Shown here one piece after another: positions 58,358 through 64,000 of a DNA stretch of 64,000 nucleotides (within the stretch, counting starts at the first letter, position 1; each line of letters begins with the position of its first letter). The notes under the pieces were generated by a model that was not told where the DNA came from, did not search any database, and saw only the letters and a list, made by a program, of their open reading frames with translations. Origin of the DNA: Patescibacteria group bacterium. Lineage in GTDB: Bacteria; Patescibacteriota; Minisyncoccia; 2-02-FULL-40-12; GWA2-44-9. The translations under genes and the position numbers were made by a program. The stretch covers positions 18,249 through 82,248 of the forward strand of contig JBBTSY010000007.1 in the NCBI GenBank assembly GCA_038064515.1, read 5' to 3'.

Positions 58358-59566
58358 TTATCTCGTATTTGGTCTTTTTGTCCATTCGTATATCTCGTGA
58401 GATATAAGGATGGGTCGATAATGGAATTTATTCTCCCCATCGGTTTGACAGAAGGAAAAATTTGCTTTATGACCATGCCCACCATAAGCATCGTTTCCTC
58501 TTTCTATATCTAAAATATTTTTATTTTCCAGGATTATGGAATTTGGTATGGTGTAATTTATTTTCCCAAATACCGATACATACATGGCGCGCTCTTTGTA
58601 TTCTTTAGTATGGAAATACTTTCTTAGATCATCATGGGTTTTAAAAATAGATATATAAAAAATTGGGCTAAACCATTCTGTGTAGTTTTTCTCTTTTAGC
58701 AGATTAGAGACTATTACTGTTGGATATACTATCGCTTTACTAAAATCAATGATACCGCCGTACCGTATCTGATCAGAATTTTTGATAAGCATTGCACTTA
58801 TTTCTAGAATATTTTCTTTATGAATAATTTTACCAACCCTGACCGAATGCTTAGTATATTGACCAACTTCTAATATAGTCAGCTTAGCTATAAGCAAATC
58901 TGAAAATTTCTTTGATATTGAAGAGTGAACAAATATAACATCGGGACCAGCACAATCCTGCCCGCTGTTAAAAATTCTTGATTGAATTGTTTTCTCTACT
59001 GCGAGATCGAGATCAGCATTTTGAGTTACTACTACAGGATTTATACCAGCACCATTGTATATAAAGAGTGAGTATGGTTTGCACTGTTCCAAAACTTGCA
59101 TCGCGTTATTATAAGTTCCGGTGAAGATGACCACATCTGAGCTAGAGATATAGTCTTTTAAAAAAGTTTTCCGTTCTGAATGGGAAAACTCTATTTTTGG
59201 GAAAAGAGTTTTGAAATCCAGAATCACAATAATATCATCTAAAATATCTCTTGCGAGCAGGGGCGGGCGTAAATAGATATTTAACGATTGAAAACTAGGT
59301 ATTACGGCAAAAAGTACTAAAGAATACAGGGGTAAATTTATTGGCAAAAAAACACTTATGCTATTTACACATACCGTTTCTAAATATTTTTTTTCTTTCC
59401 GAATATTCAGAAGGCAATCCAGTGACCGCTCGATTTCATTGTTTACTGTTTCAAAACTTTCATAATTCAGAAGGCAGTTTACGAGTTTTTCCTTATTCTT
59501 AAGAATCCTTACTACCAACTCTCGTGAAATGATGGATGTTTGATCTATAGAATAATTCGCATTCAT
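58358..59566 (-). CDS. aldehyde dehydrogenase-family protein
   Basis: FLPINLP, IFTG, FNSGQDCAGPD, EWFSP. Confidence 0.82.
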   Translation of the reverse strand: MNANYSIDQTSIISRELVVRILKNKEKLVNCLLNYESFETVNNEIERSLDCLLNIRKEKKYLETVCVNSISVFLPINLPLYSLVLFAVIPSFQSLNIYLRPPLLARDILDDIIVILDFKTLFPKIEFSHSERKTFLKDYISSSDVVIFTGTYNNAMQVLEQCKPYSLFIYNGAGINPVVVTQNADLDLAVEKTIQSRIFNSGQDCAGPDVIFVHSSISKKFSDLLIAKLTILEVGQYTKHSVRVGKIIHKENILEISAMLIKNSDQIRYGGIIDFSKAIVYPTVIVSNLLKEKNYTEWFSPIFYISIFKTHDDLRKYFHTKEYKERAMYVSVFGKINYTIPNSIILENKNILDIERGNDAYGGHGHKANFSFCQTDGENKFHYRPILISHEIYEWTKRPNTR

Positions 59567-59734
59567 CCAGTAATTATGAATATATTTTAAAGATTATATC
59601 AATTTTTTTCTAGGTTCGCTCTGAATCATGTAATTATTGTAGCATCCCGTTAAAAAAAAGTCGCTGGCCTCAAAAGCGGACTTCTGTCACCTGATTGAAA
59701 AAATTCTTCAAAAGCCTCATACTGAAGAGGTACT

Positions 59735-60796
59735 ATGTTATATTCTCCATCATCAAAAATGAACAGTCACGATCACGATAAAGTTATTATTAATACCGTC
59801 AAGAAGGTTGCTCCTTCGGTCGTCAGCATAGTTATATCAAAATATATGCCGCAAATTAGAGATGTAAGCTCAACTTCCTTCTTTAATCCATTTGTGTTTG
59901 ATATTGCCGATGATGGAGCAAAGCAAAAAGTAAAAGTGGGCGGCGGCTCCGGATTTATCGTACATCCCGATGGCCTTATCCTCACCAACAAGCACGTCGT
60001 CTCCGAAGAAGATGCGGAATATATGGTCATTACCAATGACCATAAAGAATTACCGGCCAAGGTCCTTTCGCGTGATCCTATCAATGACATCGCTATGCTC
60101 AAGGTAGAAGCAGTCGGCCTGCCGGCGCTTGAACTTGGCGATTCAACCCAGCTGGAACTGGGCCAAACCGTCATCGCCATCGGCAATGCCCTTGGCATGT
60201 TCAGCAATAGCGTATCAAAAGGCATCGTATCCGGCCTCGCTCGCACGATTTCCGCCTCTTTGAGCAACGGCGGCCACATGGAAAATCTCCGCGGCGTTAT
60301 CCAGACCGATGTCGCTATCAATCAAGGCAACTCGGGTGGCCCGCTTCTTAACTTAGACGGCCAAGCCATTGCAATCAATACAGCCGTTATCTTCGGCGCC
60401 CAGAACATCGGTTTCTCTATTCCTATCAATCTTGCCAAGAGCGACATTAACGATATTCTTAAACACGGCCGGATCATCAAACCATACATCGGCCTCATGT
60501 ATACGATGCTCTCGAAAGAGGCGCAAGAAAAATATAATCTCCCCGTCGACCACGGCGCATTAGTTATGCGCGACCACCTGCCTGATTCCAAAGCCGTCAT
60601 TGATAAATCCCCCGCCGCTAAGGCCGGCGTGAAAGAAAATGACATCATCACGGCCATAAACGGCAAAGAGCTTGCAGGAGATGCAGACTTTTCCGATTTG
60701 CTTCAGGCCTGCAAAGTCGGTGACGAGATAGAGCTCAATATTCTTCGTAAGGATACCCCCCATAAACTCAAGCTTACCCTCGAAGAACGAACATAG
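59735..60796 (+). CDS. htrA: HtrA/DegP serine protease with PDZ domain
   Basis: LTNKHV, DIA, QTDVAINQGNSGGP, PDZ. Confidence 0.93.
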   Translation: MLYSPSSKMNSHDHDKVIINTVKKVAPSVVSIVISKYMPQIRDVSSTSFFNPFVFDIADDGAKQKVKVGGGSGFIVHPDGLILTNKHVVSEEDAEYMVITNDHKELPAKVLSRDPINDIAMLKVEAVGLPALELGDSTQLELGQTVIAIGNALGMFSNSVSKGIVSGLARTISASLSNGGHMENLRGVIQTDVAINQGNSGGPLLNLDGQAIAINTAVIFGAQNIGFSIPINLAKSDINDILKHGRIIKPYIGLMYTMLSKEAQEKYNLPVDHGALVMRDHLPDSKAVIDKSPAAKAGVKENDIITAINGKELAGDADFSDLLQACKVGDEIELNILRKDTPHKLKLTLEERT

Positions 60797-60797
60797 C

Positions 60798-61361
60798 ATG
60801 GATCTCACTCTCTTTTGGTATTTCAACGGGTGGGCGGGACACGGCGCCCTCTGGGACAGTGTTATTGTATTTATTGCGTCGGACTTGCAATATGTGCTGG
60901 GTGCACTGCTCGTTGTGCTCGTTTTCTGGCCGATACGCCCCGCCTCGCCGAAGACGATGAGTCGAGGCGGGCACATCCGCATGTTCGGAGCGGCGTTCGC
61001 CGCCGCCATCTTTGCGCGATTAGTGGTCAAACCACTCATTCTGCTGTTTGTGCACCGTGCCCGCCCATTCATCACGCTCGACGGCGTTCGCAACCTTATC
61101 GGAACCGACCCGGGCGAAAACCTTCAATCTTTTCCATCGGGCCATGCTATTTTCTTCTTTGCGCTGGCCACAGCGGTATATCGATACGATAAACGATGGG
61201 GATGCATATTTTTCGCGGGAGCACTTCTCATGGGCGCCGCCCGCATCATCGGCGGTGTCCACTGGCCAAGTGATATCCTGGGCGGCGCACTTATCGGTAT
61301 GCTCATCGGCTGGTTAATGATACAGTTCATCCCACCGTTTCCTCGTGCTTCGTCTTCGTAA
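60798..61361 (+). CDS. PAP2-family phosphatase (undecaprenyl-PP phosphatase-like)
   Basis: K......R.RP, SFPSGH, R...GVHWPSD. Confidence 0.9.
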   Translation: MDLTLFWYFNGWAGHGALWDSVIVFIASDLQYVLGALLVVLVFWPIRPASPKTMSRGGHIRMFGAAFAAAIFARLVVKPLILLFVHRARPFITLDGVRNLIGTDPGENLQSFPSGHAIFFFALATAVYRYDKRWGCIFFAGALLMGAARIIGGVHWPSDILGGALIGMLIGWLMIQFIPPFPRASSS

Positions 61362-61385
61362 GAATAATAAATTAATTTACATAAC

Positions 61386-61826
61386 ATGTCTGATTTCACT
61401 ACTAATCCACGCGCACACTTCGACTATGAAATCCTCGAGACCATCGAGGCAGGTTTGGCATTGCGTGGTTACGAGGTAAAGTCCATCAAATCCGGGAAGG
61501 TATCCCTCAAGGGCGCTTACGTTAAAATCATCAACGGCAAACCGGTTCTTCTGGGCGCTATTATTTCACCCTATCAAGCGGGTAATGTTCCTCCCGACTA
61601 TAATCCCCAAGCAACACGCGAACTGCTCTTGAGCAAGCGGGAGGTTTCCGCCCTCGTCAGCCTCTCAAAATCCCAAGGTCTAACTCTTGTACCGTTAAAG
61701 CTGTATCCCAAGGGTAATTTAGTGAAGCTTCTTATCGGCGTAGCCCGAGGTAAGAAAAAACACGACAAGCGCGAAGCGATTAAGAAAAAAGATATCGCCC
61801 GCTCCCAACAGCGCGGAACAGAATAA
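61386..61826 (+). CDS. smpB: SsrA-binding protein
   Basis: EAGLALRGYEVKS, LVPL, GKKKHDKRE. Confidence 0.97.
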   Translation: MSDFTTNPRAHFDYEILETIEAGLALRGYEVKSIKSGKVSLKGAYVKIINGKPVLLGAIISPYQAGNVPPDYNPQATRELLLSKREVSALVSLSKSQGLTLVPLKLYPKGNLVKLLIGVARGKKKHDKREAIKKKDIARSQQRGTE

Positions 61827-61841
61827 TATTATTTTAGGCGG

Positions 61842-62014
61842 GTTGACCCTTACACTCACAAACGAGTCGTTCCTGCCTGCCAGCAGGCAGGCCTAGTGAA
61901 TGGCGAGAATTGTCATTTTATTATAGAGATAAGACGACTGTTTGGAAGAGTTTTTTGCAATACACAATGTGGCGGAACGCGAGCCATATCTCGTTAGTGA
62001 GTGTGAGGGTTGAC
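61842..62014. repeat. 173-nt element with 25-bp imperfect terminal inverted repeats and an internal palindrome
   Basis: 61842-61866 vs 61990-62014 match at 21/25; CCTGCCTGC-CA-GCAGGCAGG inside. Confidence 0.7.
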
Positions 62015-62224
62015 ATATCACCAAGATACGATAAGATGAAAACGTGATGAATCAGATAAACTACTTTACGTGGGTCAAGCAACTTATTACTCGATTTTTT
62101 TTCGGAGGTTCATTCGAGCTCTCGTTAGTCCCGATCCGCACCAAGCCAAGCAGGAAATAAGGAAATCTCGAATCAACCCCCGAATGCCTCGGGGGTTGAT
62201 TGTTCCTTGGGAGATATCTGGAAT

Positions 62225-62719
62225 ATGAATCGAGAAGTCGCTGAAGCCCTCCGTCCTCGCCTTTTCCTGACTCTCCGGCATGGAAATCCGGCCAGCGTCG
62301 CGTTTATCAACTACGCCAATTCAGTGGTTGGCTATGATGAACGCGGAGCATTGCGCTTCCAGGTCTGCGAAACTCCGGAAGACATTCAACGAGAATTGGG
62401 ATCGGGCGGTGATGACGATCCCCACACGCCAGCCGTCGTGGTGTTCGATAACCAAAACTTCAGCCGTCAGTTCCGACCTCTACCAGGGTCTCTGACGGAC
62501 AAAACACCGATTGTCTCTTGGGCTCCATACGCTCACTGGGCGGTGATGCTGGGACCAAAGTCAGTGCCTCAACTCTGCCTCGAGCAATCAGTAACAATGT
62601 TCGTCAAGAACTTCGTCGCGCGGCGAACAAAGGGCCTTTACCCCTGGCAACAATGCAAGCCCCGGCCTCCCGTCGGCCTTCCAAGCCTGCGCACGAGCAC
62701 TATGGGGATCTACCTCTAG
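62225..62719 (+). CDS. hypothetical protein
   Basis: ORF with upstream promoter and leader, and downstream terminator. Confidence 0.55.
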   Translation: MNREVAEALRPRLFLTLRHGNPASVAFINYANSVVGYDERGALRFQVCETPEDIQRELGSGGDDDPHTPAVVVFDNQNFSRQFRPLPGSLTDKTPIVSWAPYAHWAVMLGPKSVPQLCLEQSVTMFVKNFVARRTKGLYPWQQCKPRPPVGLPSLRTSTMGIYL

Positions 62720-62735
62720 TCTAGGTGCTCACCCT

Positions 62736-62775
62736 CGGGTGTCGCGCAACGTGCGCGGCACCCGATCCCTTTTTT
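62736..62775 (+). terminator. intrinsic terminator
   Basis: TCGGGTGTCGCGC...GCGCGGCACCCGA stem, then T-run. Confidence 0.7.
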
Positions 62776-62825
62776 AAAAATGCTGTGCTTGTCAATCGCT
62801 ATTTTTCATGCTATAATGCTGTCTT

Positions 62826-63181
62826 GGGGATGATCGGTATCGACGTTGTTATTCCATCCCTCTGATGCCGTGCGTGAATGATCGTTACCACGTAAATCTT
62901 CGGTCAAACATAATAACTGGCAACACTTCCAGTAATTACGCTTTCGCCTAACCTAGTTAGGTAAGCCATTCCTCCCAGATGTTCGATATGGGATTAAGGA
63001 GTGTCATTATCGAGCTTTAGCAGGACGGATGTTCTCCCCTCGTCTGCTGAAAATCTGGAGAACTAGTGCGAGATTATTTTGTCGGTTTCCTACTCTCGCG
63101 TGAAACACCAAATCGGCTATCACGGTAGTACATCATTGGTTTGCAACAGCGGACGCGAGTTCGATTCTCGCCATCTCCACA
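62826..63181 (+). ncRNA. ssrA: tmRNA; tag (A)GNTSSNYAFA* at 62919-62951
   Basis: GGGGATG..GGTATCGAC 5' end, ATAACT resume context, GAGTTCGATTCTC..CATCTCCA 3' end, TATAAT upstream, near smpB. Confidence 0.95.
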
Positions 63182-63272
63182 TCGTTAGTATTTTCAGTTG
63201 CAAGCTCCTCAAAAAGCCTCGGGGCATGCAGCACTTCGCTAGAAGTAAAACAGTGATATAATTTAGTAACAT

Positions 63273-63965
63273 ATGCGAGCAAAAAGATTAACTTTCGGCG
63301 ATAAAGTTCTAAAATTTCATAAAACCATTGCTCTGCCTCGCACCTATTCTCGTAGGATCAAGATTATTTACCCGCACGGCAACGCAGGAGTTTTGAGGCA
63401 TACAAAGAAGTTTCTTAATAAGTTTTTTCAAGATAAAAAAAAGCGTACTTTCGTTTTCGGAATAAACCCCGGAAGATTTGGGTCCGGCGTTACCGGTATC
63501 CCGTTTACTGACCCCGTGGCGCTTCAGGACTTTTGCGGAATCCCCAATATCCTCGAAAAACGCCGGGAACTTTCTTCTCAATTCATATATCAATTTATAG
63601 AACTTTGGGGCGGTGCTTACGTTTTCTATAAGCAATTTTTTCTGACCGCAGTTTCACCCATCGGCTTTATACGAGACGGCACTAATTACAACTACTACGA
63701 TGATCCGAAACTATTCTCCGCATTGCGGCCGTTCATCATAAGCTCGATGAAAACACAGCTCGCGTTCGGTGCGCGGCGAGATGTCGCTATTGTGCTCGGC
63801 ACGGGCAAAAATCAAAAGCTTTTTAACAAATTAAATCAGCAGTACGGCTTTTTCCAAAAAGTGTATGCGGTTGAACACCCTCGATTTATCATGCAGTATC
63901 AACGGGAACATGTTTTAAAGTATCTAGAAAAATACCAGCGAGTTTTCGCGAAGGCACTTTCGTAA
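63273..63965 (+). CDS. uracil-DNA glycosylase superfamily protein (SMUG2/DUF4918-like)
   Basis: GINPGRFG.G.TGIPFTDP, NYNYYD, EHPRFIMQY. Confidence 0.85.
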   Translation: MRAKRLTFGDKVLKFHKTIALPRTYSRRIKIIYPHGNAGVLRHTKKFLNKFFQDKKKRTFVFGINPGRFGSGVTGIPFTDPVALQDFCGIPNILEKRRELSSQFIYQFIELWGGAYVFYKQFFLTAVSPIGFIRDGTNYNYYDDPKLFSALRPFIISSMKTQLAFGARRDVAIVLGTGKNQKLFNKLNQQYGFFQKVYAVEHPRFIMQYQREHVLKYLEKYQRVFAKALS

Positions 63966-64000
63966 GAAACCAGTTTTGTTGACAGTTCCCATGAATGTAG

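Overview
The window is from a Patescibacteria/CPR-type (Parcubacteria-like) chromosome, an inference from gene content. It is mostly housekeeping genes (topA, parAB, folD, glyA, dnaE, thrS, gatB, gyrB, nusG, rplK, ileS, smpB, tmRNA, two tRNAs) plus three accessory regions. (1) A small restriction-modification islet follows tRNA-Leu. (2) An ~11.7 kb decayed integrative element (about 24270-35998) is inserted into the 3' end of rplK. It carries a diversity-generating retroelement (DGR): a 120-nt template repeat (TR, 33418-33537) and two target genes whose variable regions (VRs) differ from TR only at adenines. The targets alternate with a vWA/HExxH gene and a MoxR/CobS-type AAA+ ATPase gene. TR appears to be a stand-alone ncRNA with its own promoter, and its 5' leader can pair with both TR flanks and matches the target junction exactly. 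No reverse transcriptase (RT) gene is visible in the window, and avd is cut by a deletion junction. The element also holds a candidate small RNA with repeated UAGCCAC hairpin loops. (3) An AT-rich cluster encodes an IucA/IucC synthetase (frameshifted by an 8-bp duplication), RibA, a nucleotidyltransferase, ArgRS and an aldehyde dehydrogenase. Family assignments are from motifs recognised by eye; no database searches were run.
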